A stretch of DNA of 55,558 nucleotides from sequence record SRR20825006_1547; one strand, 5' to 3'. Both the position numbers and the translations under genes were made by a program. Shown here one piece after another: positions 18,995-29,238 of this stretch. Below the pieces are notes generated by a model. The model did no database searches. It worked only from the letters and a program-made list of their open reading frames with translations, and had not been told where the DNA came from. Every line of letters begins with the position of its first letter. The stretch's first letter is position 1.

Positions 18995-20445
18995 CTCGTT
19001 AATAGATAGGTGTTAATCCAGTGATTTATCTCAGTAGAAATTTTAAGTCGATAAATTAGGGTTAAATAAATCAGACCTAATATAACCGACTTCCCTCCTA
19101 TTGCCAATACCGGATTCCACTTAAAATCCCAAAAGTAAAATCCTACTCCCAATAAGATAAGTACTATTGTTAAATACAATGATTCAGTAGTAAAAGGATG
19201 CATTTTAAATTTCTTCTGTACCACGTAAATCTTAGAAAGTGCATAAACCACCGAAGCAACAAAGGTTGCTATTGCTGCCCCGCTAATTCCCAAAATGGGT
19301 ATAAAAATCAGATTGAGTACTACAGCTATCACAACTAAAACGATTCCTAATACTAAAACCAACCGGTAATAATCGCTGTTGTATAAAATAGCATTATTAT
19401 TACCCATTACATTATCTATCAATTTAGCCAGCGCAATAAGCAATACCACATATAAGCCTTTACTATACGCCGGATCAAGCATCAAGTACAAAGTGTTTAT
19501 GTTACAAACAATGAGCAAAAAAATGAGTCCGGAAACGGCATAAAGTGTTATGGAGCTTTTTTTATACAAATCCCTAAGTTCAAGATAACGCTGTGCATTA
19601 ATATAAGTCGCGGTAAGCGGATACATAATTTGATGCATTGCTCTTGCAGGTACTGCAATAACGGCGGCAATGTAAATTCCTACGGAATAATAGGCTACGT
19701 TTTGAATAGGAATCAATTTACCTAGCATAAACATATCAATCTCTAAAATCATAACCGCTACAGAACCGGCAATGATGATCAGAATACTATATTTTAAAAT
19801 AGACAACCATTCTGCGGGAATTGCAATTCTAAAGCGAGGCGCGCGCAATCTAAATGCGTAAAGCATCGTCACCAGCATTCGCAGCGCATAAATAACCGCA
19901 ACACCATACAAGAATCCTTCTGTGCTAAACCATTTTAGCGCAAAACCTACAAGTAAGAGCATAATGCAAAAGCGATGAAATACTTCATTCATCACATTTC
20001 CAAAAACACTTTGTAATTGTGTTTTAGCCCAAGCATAACTGATCTCAAAATATGCCATTGAAAAGGCGATGATTGCTATCAAATAAGCATAGGGCCGAAC
20101 AATATCATTTTTTGAAGCTAAAAAATCTACCAGCTCACCGTAAAAGCAATATACCAAAATCGACGCAGGAAGGATTATAAGTAAAGGAAGCAAGAGCATA
20201 AAACTCAAAAAATCATCTTGCTTCCTACCACTGTAAGAAGAGTAAAATTTAATGAGTGTATTCTGAACTCCGAGCGCTACAAATGGCATTGCTAAGGTAG
20301 AAGCGCTAAGTAAAAACCCCACTAGACCATAATATTCAGCATCAAAAAACTGCACATATAACACCAGCGTATTGAGCGCACCAATACCAAAACCTATATA
20401 GGTTGTAACTAGGTTTTTAAAGGATTGCGATGCTACTATTCCCAT
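18976..20445 (-). CDS. polysaccharide/oligosaccharide flippase (Wzx/MOP superfamily)
   Basis: About 14 TM segments, IDMFMLG...VAYYS, LNLIFIP.LGI.GAAIAT. Confidence 0.85.
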   Translation of the reverse strand: MGIVASQSFKNLVTTYIGFGIGALNTLVLYVQFFDAEYYGLVGFLLSASTLAMPFVALGVQNTLIKFYSSYSGRKQDDFLSFMLLLPLLIILPASILVYCFYGELVDFLASKNDIVRPYAYLIAIIAFSMAYFEISYAWAKTQLQSVFGNVMNEVFHRFCIMLLLVGFALKWFSTEGFLYGVAVIYALRMLVTMLYAFRLRAPRFRIAIPAEWLSILKYSILIIIAGSVAVMILEIDMFMLGKLIPIQNVAYYSVGIYIAAVIAVPARAMHQIMYPLTATYINAQRYLELRDLYKKSSITLYAVSGLIFLLIVCNINTLYLMLDPAYSKGLYVVLLIALAKLIDNVMGNNNAILYNSDYYRLVLVLGIVLVVIAVVLNLIFIPILGISGAAIATFVASVVYALSKIYVVQKKFKMHPFTTESLYLTIVLILLGVGFYFWDFKWNPVLAIGGKSVILGLIYLTLIYRLKISTEINHWINTYLLTRKSRSE

Positions 20446-21728
20446 TACAAGGTGTGGATTAATTCGGCTAGCTTAGCGGTCAATGCTTTACGTGTGAATT
20501 GCTCTAAATTACCGTTAGTTTGCGAAATACCACCACTTTTATACTCCTCATATTTTGTGAGAATAAATGCTTTTAATCGTTGTTTCTCATGGTATGTAAA
20601 ATAGATTCCACCATCAGCTTTTTCTAAAATTGAGGTTATATCTGAATTTACCGGACCAATAGCTAATATAGGTCTTCGTGCTACTAAATATTCAAACAGC
20701 TTACCCGGAATAATCGCTTGCGTTTCTATAGAATCAATTTCTAGAAGCAATAAAATTTGTGCGCTACGTTGTTTTATTAAAGCTTCTTGATGCGTGACAT
20801 ACCCCGGAATCATTAGATTATCCCCTAAGCCTTCAGCAATAATGGTTTGTTTCACCGCTTCACCTACTCGGCCAATCAGTTCAATTTTTAAATCCTTGCC
20901 AAAAGTTGGTATTTCAGTCTTTATTTCTGAAAGAATTTCCCACAAGATCTTAGGGTTTCGATCTTCTAATAGCGAACCAATATGAGCCAATGAAAATGCA
21001 GGATCTAATTCTGGCTGCATTACTTTTTCATCGTCAAAGCCATTAGTAATGCACGTCACCGGAGTGTTTGTAGTTTTCTCAAAATCACTTTTTGTTGTGG
21101 GACTTGTAACCACTATTTGTGTGGCTTCATTTAAGATCTGAAACTCGAGGTCAGCGTGCTTTCGCTGAGCGAATTTAGTCAATCGCAACTTTTTATGATA
21201 GCCAATACTCGTCCATGGATCTCTAAAGTCGGCGATCCAAGGTAGATTATGAAGTTTCTTAAGATCCCGACCTATGAGATGCAAGCTGTGCGGCGGACCT
21301 GTTGTAATTATGCAATCTACGGGGTGATCCTTTAAATAAGAATTTAAAAACGTAACCGATGGTTTTACCCAAAATTTACGCGCATCAGGAATGAAAAGAT
21401 TACCGCGAATGAACAGCATGAGTTTTTGTACTAGACTCTGTTTGCTTTCCTCTTTTATTATCCCGGAACTGATCTGTTTTGTGTTTTTCTTTGAGAAAAA
21501 TTGAGCCATTTTATAAGGCTCCCAAATAGGATGTTTGAGAATGCTTACATCCTCGGGAATTTCATTGACTAAACTTTCATCAAGAATTGGGTAATCAGGA
21601 TTTTCAGGAATATATACAATGGGCTCAACTTCAAATTCCCACAAGTATTTAACAAATTTCAGCCAGCGCTGTACACCAGGTCCTCCGGCAGGAGGCCAAT
21701 AATAGCATATGATCAACGCTCTTTTCAC
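20445..21728 (-). CDS. glycosyltransferase family 4 (GT-B)
   Basis: YYWPPAGGPGVQRW, TTGPPHS, DFRDPW, PGKLFEYL. Confidence 0.9.
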   Translation of the reverse strand: MKRALIICYYWPPAGGPGVQRWLKFVKYLWEFEVEPIVYIPENPDYPILDESLVNEIPEDVSILKHPIWEPYKMAQFFSKKNTKQISSGIIKEESKQSLVQKLMLFIRGNLFIPDARKFWVKPSVTFLNSYLKDHPVDCIITTGPPHSLHLIGRDLKKLHNLPWIADFRDPWTSIGYHKKLRLTKFAQRKHADLEFQILNEATQIVVTSPTTKSDFEKTTNTPVTCITNGFDDEKVMQPELDPAFSLAHIGSLLEDRNPKILWEILSEIKTEIPTFGKDLKIELIGRVGEAVKQTIIAEGLGDNLMIPGYVTHQEALIKQRSAQILLLLEIDSIETQAIIPGKLFEYLVARRPILAIGPVNSDITSILEKADGGIYFTYHEKQRLKAFILTKYEEYKSGGISQTNGNLEQFTRKALTAKLAELIHTL

Positions 21729-21755
21729 AAAAATAATTTAGGTACTTACTGTTAC

Positions 21756-24197
21756 TTACTCCGTCTTAGCGCTATTCAACTTTCGGTAGGTAAAAAAGAC
21801 GCCACCAAGAATGATCAATAGGAGCAGAATATTACTAGCCAAACTAATCGTACTTCCGGTCTTTACCACTTGAGGTTCGAATTTAAACTCGATGGTATGC
21901 TCGCCTTCAGGAACCATCATCGCTCGCAAAATATAGTCTGCTTTAAAATAGGTTGAAGGTTTACCATCAATGTAAACATTCCAACCATTAGGGTAATACA
22001 CCTCGCTAAACACAGCCAATTTTGCTTCTTGAGCACTAGATTGGTATTTTAAATAGTTTGGCTGATGCTCCACAAGAGAGATGTTATCTGTACTGTTCTG
22101 CGGAAAAATATTCCGTGATAGTTCATTTGCATAGCGCTCTTGAATCACAGCCGTCTGCAACGTATTTAAACTATCGAGAGCTAAAATTTCTGCATCGGCA
22201 TTAGGCACAACCTTTACATTTTGTACAAACCAAACATTCCCATTTGCCTGCGGGTTTTGCTGCACTTGTTCAGCGCCCTCTTCATCTTGCGAGATTATGT
22301 ATTTCACATTAAGCAAATTTAACGGCTGTATATTTCCTTGATACAAATAAAACTCTGCCAATTCCTGCAAGCGTGCAGGTTTTGCACCGTGATAACCTCC
22401 TATTGAATTATGAAAATAGCTTGTACGCGCCCCATTTAAACCTATGCGTTGTTCAAAAACACGATACCGCGAAGTGTCTTGCAAAATCTGCTTATCTGCT
22501 TCAGAAGCTTGAAAAGGCTGCTCTACCAATCGTGCCGCCATAAAGTTTTCGGTATTCACATAACGGCGATCTACTTGTACCAAATCAAAAACAATCAAAA
22601 TTGCCATAACTAAAATCACTTGGATTTCAGATACTTTTTGTTTGATGTAAAACCAAATTAACCCGGCCGCGATCAGTACTAAAATTAGCGTTTTGAGCGT
22701 GTCGTTTACCAGAAGTGATTTTCGGTCTTCTTTAACGGCACTTATAAAATCCATTCCAAAATTCTGAATGTAATATGCGTCATTGCCGCCGGCAAAAGAA
22801 AATAGACTTCCGTTGAATAATAGAATAATCAGAGATAGTCCTCCGGTAATTCCCGTGGTCCATTTTAAAGCTTTGAGCTTATCTTCTTTTGCTTCGGTTT
22901 TCTGTAAAATTTTATACAAGCCAAACACCGCCAGAACAGGCACACAAAGCTCAGCGATCACCTGTATTGAAGTTACAGCCCTAAACTTATTATAGAGCGG
23001 AAAATAGTCAATCCATAGATCGGTAAACCAAGAAAGGTTACTTCCGAAGCTTAACAAAAGTGATAGTATCGTTCCACCTAAAAGCCACCATTTCAGGCGT
23101 CCTTTTACCATAAAACTTCCTAAAACAAATAAAAATACCACAACAGCCCCGAGATAAGCCGGACCTGAAACTCCAGGTTGACTTCCCCAATAATAGAGCC
23201 CGAATTGCCCAAAAATTGATTCAACCTGAGCAGGAGGAACTCCTTGTTGCAATAAAAACTGCGTAAAAGCACTGTCTTTATCATACGGCTCCGAGTTTGA
23301 ACCACCATAGAGACCAGCGATAAAAAGGTCTAAAGTTTCAGAAATCCCGTAGCTGTATTGATTGATGTATTCTTTATCTAAACCAGCAACATCAGTTTTA
23401 GGAGTTCCATCAGGATTGATGGTCAGATCGCTTTTTCCACGTGTACTAAACGCGCTATACTCTGAAGTTGCCATCAAACTGGCCGCATTAGTACCTAAAG
23501 CAAGCACAACAGCCAAAACTAAAATACCAACACTTTTAAAGAAATGTGGTAATTCATTTTTTCGTAAAGCGTCTATTAAATAAGCAACACCTAGCACAAG
23601 AACCAACAACATTAGGTAATAGGTCATCTGCACGTGATTGGCGACAATTTCTAACGCCATTGCAACCGTAGTAAGTATAAAACCCCAGATATACTTTTTT
23701 CTAAACGTAAGAAGGATTCCACTTAAAACCAGCGGCATATAGGCGATCGCGTGAGCTTTTGCATTATGGCCAACTCCTAAAATTATAATGAGATAACTAG
23801 AAAACCCAAAGGCTAAGGCACCCAGACCGGCATATTTCCAATCAAGTTTCAGTACAAGAAGCAGCACGTAAAAACCTATAAAATAGAGAAATAAATAATC
23901 TGAGGGTCGCGGTAAAAACCTGATGCTAAGATCTAAACTTTTGATCCAATTATATGGATATTTAGCTCCCAATTGATACGTAGGCATTCCGCCAAAAGCG
24001 GCATCCGTCCAGTATGGTTCTTCGCCGGTAGCGGCTCTAAAATCCATTTGTTCTTTAGCCATCCCGCGATATTGCTGAATGTCACTCTGAAACATCTTTT
24101 TCCCGGAGAGCACCGGACTAAAATAAAGTAATGCAGTAATTATAAATATCAAAACCACAACAAGGTGTGGCGCGATCTTTTTAAAGGAAAATGTCAT
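21756..24197 (-). CDS. YfhO family membrane protein (GT-C-like)
   Basis: Multi-TM; QSDI, FGGMP.YQ, NH.QMTYY, GYHGAK, SEVYYP.GW. Confidence 0.85.
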   Translation of the reverse strand: MTFSFKKIAPHLVVVLIFIITALLYFSPVLSGKKMFQSDIQQYRGMAKEQMDFRAATGEEPYWTDAAFGGMPTYQLGAKYPYNWIKSLDLSIRFLPRPSDYLFLYFIGFYVLLLVLKLDWKYAGLGALAFGFSSYLIIILGVGHNAKAHAIAYMPLVLSGILLTFRKKYIWGFILTTVAMALEIVANHVQMTYYLMLLVLVLGVAYLIDALRKNELPHFFKSVGILVLAVVLALGTNAASLMATSEYSAFSTRGKSDLTINPDGTPKTDVAGLDKEYINQYSYGISETLDLFIAGLYGGSNSEPYDKDSAFTQFLLQQGVPPAQVESIFGQFGLYYWGSQPGVSGPAYLGAVVVFLFVLGSFMVKGRLKWWLLGGTILSLLLSFGSNLSWFTDLWIDYFPLYNKFRAVTSIQVIAELCVPVLAVFGLYKILQKTEAKEDKLKALKWTTGITGGLSLIILLFNGSLFSFAGGNDAYYIQNFGMDFISAVKEDRKSLLVNDTLKTLILVLIAAGLIWFYIKQKVSEIQVILVMAILIVFDLVQVDRRYVNTENFMAARLVEQPFQASEADKQILQDTSRYRVFEQRIGLNGARTSYFHNSIGGYHGAKPARLQELAEFYLYQGNIQPLNLLNVKYIISQDEEGAEQVQQNPQANGNVWFVQNVKVVPNADAEILALDSLNTLQTAVIQERYANELSRNIFPQNSTDNISLVEHQPNYLKYQSSAQEAKLAVFSEVYYPNGWNVYIDGKPSTYFKADYILRAMMVPEGEHTIEFKFEPQVVKTGSTISLASNILLLLIILGGVFFTYRKLNSAKTE

Positions 24198-24225
24198 ATA
24201 AGTTAGCTATACTAAAGCGTGGAAA

Positions 24226-24486
24226 TTAGTCAATTTCTTCATAATCGATATATTCTCCCACAGTTTTATTTGAAGTCTGGTCACGATGCGGAACACGGTC
24301 TATAACCGTCTCTCCTTCTTTTTTAGCAGCAGGTTCTTTATAGCCGCGACCTTGGGCCATATTCTGAAAACGCTCCCCTACCTTTTTGGCCAAGTAACGC
24401 ATTATATAAGGAGATAAAAATCTAAAAAGGATTCGCAATCCAAAGAAGATTAATAAGATGATAAGCAATGTTTGAATAAACTTCAT
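24226..24486 (-). CDS. DUF4834 family small membrane protein
   Basis: N-terminal TM helix, C-terminal VGEYIDYEEID; start placed downstream of a TAATTTTG -7 element (24504-24511). Confidence 0.75.
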   Translation of the reverse strand: MKFIQTLLIILLIFFGLRILFRFLSPYIMRYLAKKVGERFQNMAQGRGYKEPAAKKEGETVIDRVPHRDQTSNKTVGEYIDYEEID

Positions 24487-24647
24487 CAGCACAATATTTG
24501 CGACAAAATTAACCATTACGACACGTTTTCACCTTAAAAAAAGAATAAAACCTAGCCTGTTGGGTTGTATGTTAACTTTAGGCTATCTCTTATTTTTACA
24601 CTATGTTTGTCAGATTGCAGGTCAAAAAAATCCTTAGTTCCAGTTTT

Positions 24648-25553
24648 ATGAAATTCAGTGCTATGCCGAATAAATTGATTTTTAGTTTATCGCTGTTGTT
24701 GTGCGCATTTGCTCAACAAGCTAAAGCTCAATACACTGAAACCCTAAATTCTAACAGGCCGGGACAATCTCAAGGAGCCTTTGCCGTGGGCCGCGGCGTT
24801 TTTCAGGCAGAATTAGGAGCGACAATGGGTAAAGAATCGCACAATTTACTCTACACAGAAACTGACAATATCGGGGTGGAATTTCAGTTGAGATACGGTG
24901 CTATTCGTGAGCAACTAGAATTTAACTTCAGCGGAACTTATTTATATGAAGATATCGTTCCTACAGCCGGTGCTGCAGAACCATACAGCCATAGTGGTTT
25001 TCCCATTATTACGCTAGGAGCAAAATACCTGCTGTACGACCCTTATAAGAATTACGAAGAAAAAATTAATCTGTACAGTTACCACGCCAATCGTGCATTT
25101 AAGTGGCGTACACTAATTCCTGCCGTTTCAATTTACTCAGCCGCAAATTATGTGTACGAAGACGATAACCCATTTTTACCTAGCAGTCAGGCCGGTTTTA
25201 CTCCAAAGGTCGTCGCGATCACACAACACAACTGGGGCCGTTGGGTTTGGGTCAATAACTTTATTTATGATCAATTTTTAACTGATTTTCCTACCAAAGC
25301 TTGGATCACAACAATGACGCATTCGTTCAATTCTAAAATTGCAGCTTTTGCAGAGTTTCAAGTGATTATGAGCGACATTTATGCTGATGACCTATTTCGC
25401 TTTGGCGGTGCTTATTTGATTACTAAAGATCTTCAGGTTGATGTAAGTGCACTCATCAATTTTAAAGAGACTCCTAAACGCCAGCAATTAGGGTTAGGAT
25501 TGTCTTACCGACTGGATTTTCATAGCCATGATGAATTGCTTCCGCAGAAATAA
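24648..25553 (+). CDS. outer-membrane beta-barrel 'transporter' (MetA-pathway/Phenol_MetA_deg-like)
   Basis: AKAQ signal peptide, NRPG...AFAVG.G.FQ.E motif, LGLGLSYRLD end; the -7 element TATGTTTG at 24602-24609 implies a start at 24648 or 24663. Confidence 0.7.
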   Translation: MKFSAMPNKLIFSLSLLLCAFAQQAKAQYTETLNSNRPGQSQGAFAVGRGVFQAELGATMGKESHNLLYTETDNIGVEFQLRYGAIREQLEFNFSGTYLYEDIVPTAGAAEPYSHSGFPIITLGAKYLLYDPYKNYEEKINLYSYHANRAFKWRTLIPAVSIYSAANYVYEDDNPFLPSSQAGFTPKVVAITQHNWGRWVWVNNFIYDQFLTDFPTKAWITTMTHSFNSKIAAFAEFQVIMSDIYADDLFRFGGAYLITKDLQVDVSALINFKETPKRQQLGLGLSYRLDFHSHDELLPQK

Positions 25554-25593
25554 AAAATACGGTTACCTTTACAAGCTATATTATTAGAGTAGA

Positions 25594-26712
25594 ATGATTA
25601 CAATAAAAGAAATGAAAACAAAACAGGAACTGACAAAATTTGTCAAGTTTCCGTTTTCACTTTATGATAAGAACAGTAACTGGGTTCCTCCGTTAGTCAA
25701 TGACGAGCTTGAAAGTATGGATCCTGAGAAGAATCCTGTTTTTAAAAATGCCGAGGCCCGCTTCTTTTTAGCTTATAAAAACAACAAACCGGTTGGTAGG
25801 ATCGCAGCGATCATCAATCATATTGAGATCAATGAACAAGGTAAACCTAAAATGCGTTTTGGGTGGTTTGACGCCATTGATGACCTTGAAGTAACTAAAG
25901 CACTCATTGCTCAAGTAGAAAAAATTGGCCGCGCTAATAACTTAAACTGGATTGAAGGTCCGGTAGGTTTTAGCAATATGGAAAAGGCCGGAATGCTCAT
26001 CGAAGGTTTTGAATACCTCAATACGATGATCACTTGGTATAACTACCCATACTACAAAGAACATTTTGAAAAACTGAATTTTGAGAAAGCTTCAGAATGG
26101 GTTGAATATAAGATACAAATCCCTGAAAAATCTCCCGAAAAGGTTGAAAAATTTGCGCGAATCATTGTAGAGCGTTACAACCTTAAGTTGATTCACTTTA
26201 AAAATAGCAAAGAGATTCTGCCTTATGTAGATGATATGTTTGGGCTGCTCAATAAAACTTACAACGATCTGAGCACTTTTGTACCTATTCAACAATATCA
26301 GATCGATCATTATAAGGATAAGTACATCAAATACATCAATCCGCATTACATTAAATGTATTGAGAATGCTGAAGGTAAACTCATTGCCTTTGCGATCACG
26401 ATGCCTTCATTTAGTAAAGCATTGAAAAAAGCTAACGGTAGTCTGTGGCCTTTTGGCTTTATTCATCTGTTACGCGCTAGAAATAACAACGATACGGCTG
26501 CCTTTTATTTAATTGGCATCGATCCCGAATATCAAGGTAAAGGGGTTACCGCTGCGATTTTTCAAACGATGCAAGATCTGTTTACTGCTAATGGTATTAC
26601 TGAAGTGGAGACCAATCCTGAACTTGAAGAGAACAAAGCAATTCAGCAGCTTTGGAAAAAGTATGATCATCAACTGCATAAACGAAGAAGGACCTATAAA
26701 CGTGATTTATAG
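25594..26712 (+). CDS. tandem GNAT-fold N-acyltransferase (bacterial ceramide-synthase-like)
   Basis: VGRIAAIIN, RFGWFD, YNYPYY, LIGIDPEYQGKG acyl-CoA motif, ELEEN. Confidence 0.65.
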   Translation: MITIKEMKTKQELTKFVKFPFSLYDKNSNWVPPLVNDELESMDPEKNPVFKNAEARFFLAYKNNKPVGRIAAIINHIEINEQGKPKMRFGWFDAIDDLEVTKALIAQVEKIGRANNLNWIEGPVGFSNMEKAGMLIEGFEYLNTMITWYNYPYYKEHFEKLNFEKASEWVEYKIQIPEKSPEKVEKFARIIVERYNLKLIHFKNSKEILPYVDDMFGLLNKTYNDLSTFVPIQQYQIDHYKDKYIKYINPHYIKCIENAEGKLIAFAITMPSFSKALKKANGSLWPFGFIHLLRARNNNDTAAFYLIGIDPEYQGKGVTAAIFQTMQDLFTANGITEVETNPELEENKAIQQLWKKYDHQLHKRRRTYKRDL

Positions 26713-26749
26713 GCCCTAAACTCTTTTAGATTATAGCGATGCTATATTA

Positions 26750-27430
26750 TTATTCGGTAAGAATAAAACTTACCTGAATTTTTGAAGTTATCGTTAATTC
26801 TCCTGGTGCTAAAGTACGTTGCGTACTATCTGCTGATTCTGCCATTGCCATTTTATACATTGGCTGTGGTTGAGGAACGCTGGTTCCTAATTCTGCGATC
26901 GTGATCGCTTTACCTATTCCTTGTCCTAATACTTGCGCATATTCCTGTGCCTTAGCTTTAGCATTAGCGATAGCTTTCTTGCGCGCTTCGGCTTCATAAG
27001 CTTCCATTTTTGAAGAAGAAAATTCTACACCGTTGATGGTATTGATACCCGAAGATAAAAGTCCTGCCATTATTTTATCGTAGTTAGACAGATCTTTCAG
27101 TTTTACAGAAATAGTCTGACTCGCGCGATAATTATAGGTTTTGGTATTGTAATCGTAGTTTTTGTTCAGATTTACGTATTCGGTCTGCACTTGATTCTGC
27201 GGAATGTTCATCTTTAGTAAATAATCTAAAACCTTATCAACGCTGGTGTCATTTTCAGCCTTGACTGTTTTTGCGTCTTTTCCTTCGGTTTGAACTCCCA
27301 TACGTATGGTAACTTCATCGGGTACTGCTACTACTTCCCCTTCTCCTGTTACGTTAACTGTTGGTTGAATAGCTTGTGCGCTTGCCATAGTGGTCATTGC
27401 GGTAATTGCTAGAATTAAAATAGATTTCAT
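26750..27430 (-). CDS. SIMPL domain (DUF541) periplasmic protein
   Basis: VTGEGEV.AVPD, AR.KAI.NAK.KA. Confidence 0.9.
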   Translation of the reverse strand: MKSILILAITAMTTMASAQAIQPTVNVTGEGEVVAVPDEVTIRMGVQTEGKDAKTVKAENDTSVDKVLDYLLKMNIPQNQVQTEYVNLNKNYDYNTKTYNYRASQTISVKLKDLSNYDKIMAGLLSSGINTINGVEFSSSKMEAYEAEARKKAIANAKAKAQEYAQVLGQGIGKAITIAELGTSVPQPQPMYKMAMAESADSTQRTLAPGELTITSKIQVSFILTE

Positions 27431-27460
27431 AATAGTTGTTTTTTATTTACCTCAATAAAA

Positions 27461-27475
27461 GCAAGTCCTGTGCCA
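27461..27475 (-). promoter_or_regulatory. sigma-54 promoter for the SIMPL gene
   Basis: TGGCAC-AGGAC-TTGC, perfect consensus, 30 nt upstream of the ATG. Confidence 0.75.
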
Positions 27476-28126
27476 TTAAAGCCGACCTGTCTTGTTGAGT
27501 ATAAATAAAATTACAATAGGAATCGCTAATAAACATACCATCAAGGTATTAACCTGAAACAAAGCAGGCACCATTAACAAAGTAATAACATAACCACCTA
27601 CTGCGCCACCAAAATGGGCATCGTGACCAATATTGTCATTATTAGCCCGCATCCCATAAATCGAGTACAGTAAATACCCAATCCCAAAAATATACGCCGG
27701 AATAGGTACAGGAATAAAAAACATATATAGACTCATATCTGGGTAAAGCAAGATCGCAGCATACAAAATCCCTGACACTGCGCCACTGGCTCCCACCGCA
27801 GTGTAATGATATTCATCTTTATGAAAATAATAGGAAAGTAAGTTTCCCAAGATCAAACTGCCAAGATAAATAACCACAAATTCCCAATTGCCTAAAAACG
27901 AAATAACTATAGGCGCAAAGAAATAGAGCGTAAGCATATTAAAAAATAAATGCGACGTACTCACGTGCAGAAAACCTGAAGATAATACACGTATCTGCTC
28001 GCCTCTACGCACCGCACCCGTATTAAACTTATATTTTTCAAAAAAGGAATAATCGTTAAAACCTTTAATTGAGATCAACACATTGACACCAATTACAATG
28101 GCAGTAATTATACTTAAATCGCCCAT
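27476..28126 (-). CDS. rhomboid intramembrane serine protease
   Basis: FLH...HLFFNM, GASG catalytic Ser, AHFGG catalytic His. Confidence 0.95.
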   Translation of the reverse strand: MGDLSIITAIVIGVNVLISIKGFNDYSFFEKYKFNTGAVRRGEQIRVLSSGFLHVSTSHLFFNMLTLYFFAPIVISFLGNWEFVVIYLGSLILGNLLSYYFHKDEYHYTAVGASGAVSGILYAAILLYPDMSLYMFFIPVPIPAYIFGIGYLLYSIYGMRANNDNIGHDAHFGGAVGGYVITLLMVPALFQVNTLMVCLLAIPIVILFILNKTGRL

Positions 28127-28146
28127 AAAAGCTCAAATTTTGGATT

Positions 28147-28164
28147 CAAATATACCTATATTTG
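28147..28164. promoter_or_regulatory. back-to-back -7 elements (TATATTTG on each strand)
   Basis: CAAATATA at 28147-28154 (minus) and TATATTTG at 28157-28164 (plus), between divergent genes. Confidence 0.6.
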
Positions 28165-28362
28165 TGCACTAACTGCCGTTTCATGTGATGCCGTTTATAG
28201 GTAGATATAACCTACAATGCGGAATGTACTTGAGACGCTTTTAAGAAGGAAATCTTTAATTCCTAGAAAAGGTTGCAGGTCGTATACGCACAGTAGAAAC
28301 CTAAAAAGGACTTTATAGATTCAGAATTTTTACGCGCAGTTATCCATAAAAACAAAACGCAC

Positions 28363-29238
28363 ATGCAACGCCTTCTTTATTGGCTGGTTTATCCTCTATT
28401 GTGGATTATCTCTAAACTTCCATTCTGGCTATTTTATAAAGTTTCTGATGTTATTTTTTTCATCTTATACTACGCGGTAGGTTACCGAAAGAAAACGGTA
28501 CGTTTCAATCTTAAGACAGCATTTCCTGAAAAATCAGATGTTGAACGTAAAAGCATCGAAAAAAAGTTCTATAGACATATGTGTGATATGTTTTTAGAAA
28601 TGATCAAATCAATCTCTATCTCTGCCGAAGAACTCAAAGAGCGCTTTCAATTTGATGACTTAAGTATCGTTGAAAAATTAGTAAAAGAGCAACGCAGCTC
28701 CTTAATTATGATGGGGCATTATGCCAGTTACGAATGGCTTACGGCGTTACAATTCTATTTTCATCACAGCGGATACGGAATTTATAAACGAATTAAAAAC
28801 CCGTATTTTGATAAACTTATTCATGAGATTAGAGAAAAATGGAATTCTAAGCTGTTAGCGAATAAAGAAGCTACTTTCATTATCAGAAAACAACAACGCG
28901 CCGGAAAAATGGCTACATATGCGTTTATCGCAGATCAATCACCCAAAACCCGCAAAAACTATCACTGCACCGATTTTCTAGGACAAAATGTACCTTTTTT
29001 CACCGGAGTAGAGCGCTTGGCGAAATCTGAAGATATGCCGGTTATCTATCTCGCGGTAGACAAAATAAAAAGAGGCTATTATAAAGCCTCTTTTAAAGTC
29101 ATTACTGAAGATCCCACCACGCTACCAGATTATCAAATTACCGATGAATTTGCAGGATTGCTAGAAGCGCAGATCAAAGCAAATCCGGAATATTATTTAT
29201 GGACGCACAAACGGTTTAAACACGCGCTTTCGGTTTAA
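28363..29238 (+). CDS. lipid A biosynthesis (LpxL/HtrB-type) acyltransferase
   Basis: GHYASYEW (H-x4-E), ADQSP, YLWTHKRFK. Confidence 0.9.
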   Translation: MQRLLYWLVYPLLWIISKLPFWLFYKVSDVIFFILYYAVGYRKKTVRFNLKTAFPEKSDVERKSIEKKFYRHMCDMFLEMIKSISISAEELKERFQFDDLSIVEKLVKEQRSSLIMMGHYASYEWLTALQFYFHHSGYGIYKRIKNPYFDKLIHEIREKWNSKLLANKEATFIIRKQQRAGKMATYAFIADQSPKTRKNYHCTDFLGQNVPFFTGVERLAKSEDMPVIYLAVDKIKRGYYKASFKVITEDPTTLPDYQITDEFAGLLEAQIKANPEYYLWTHKRFKHALSV

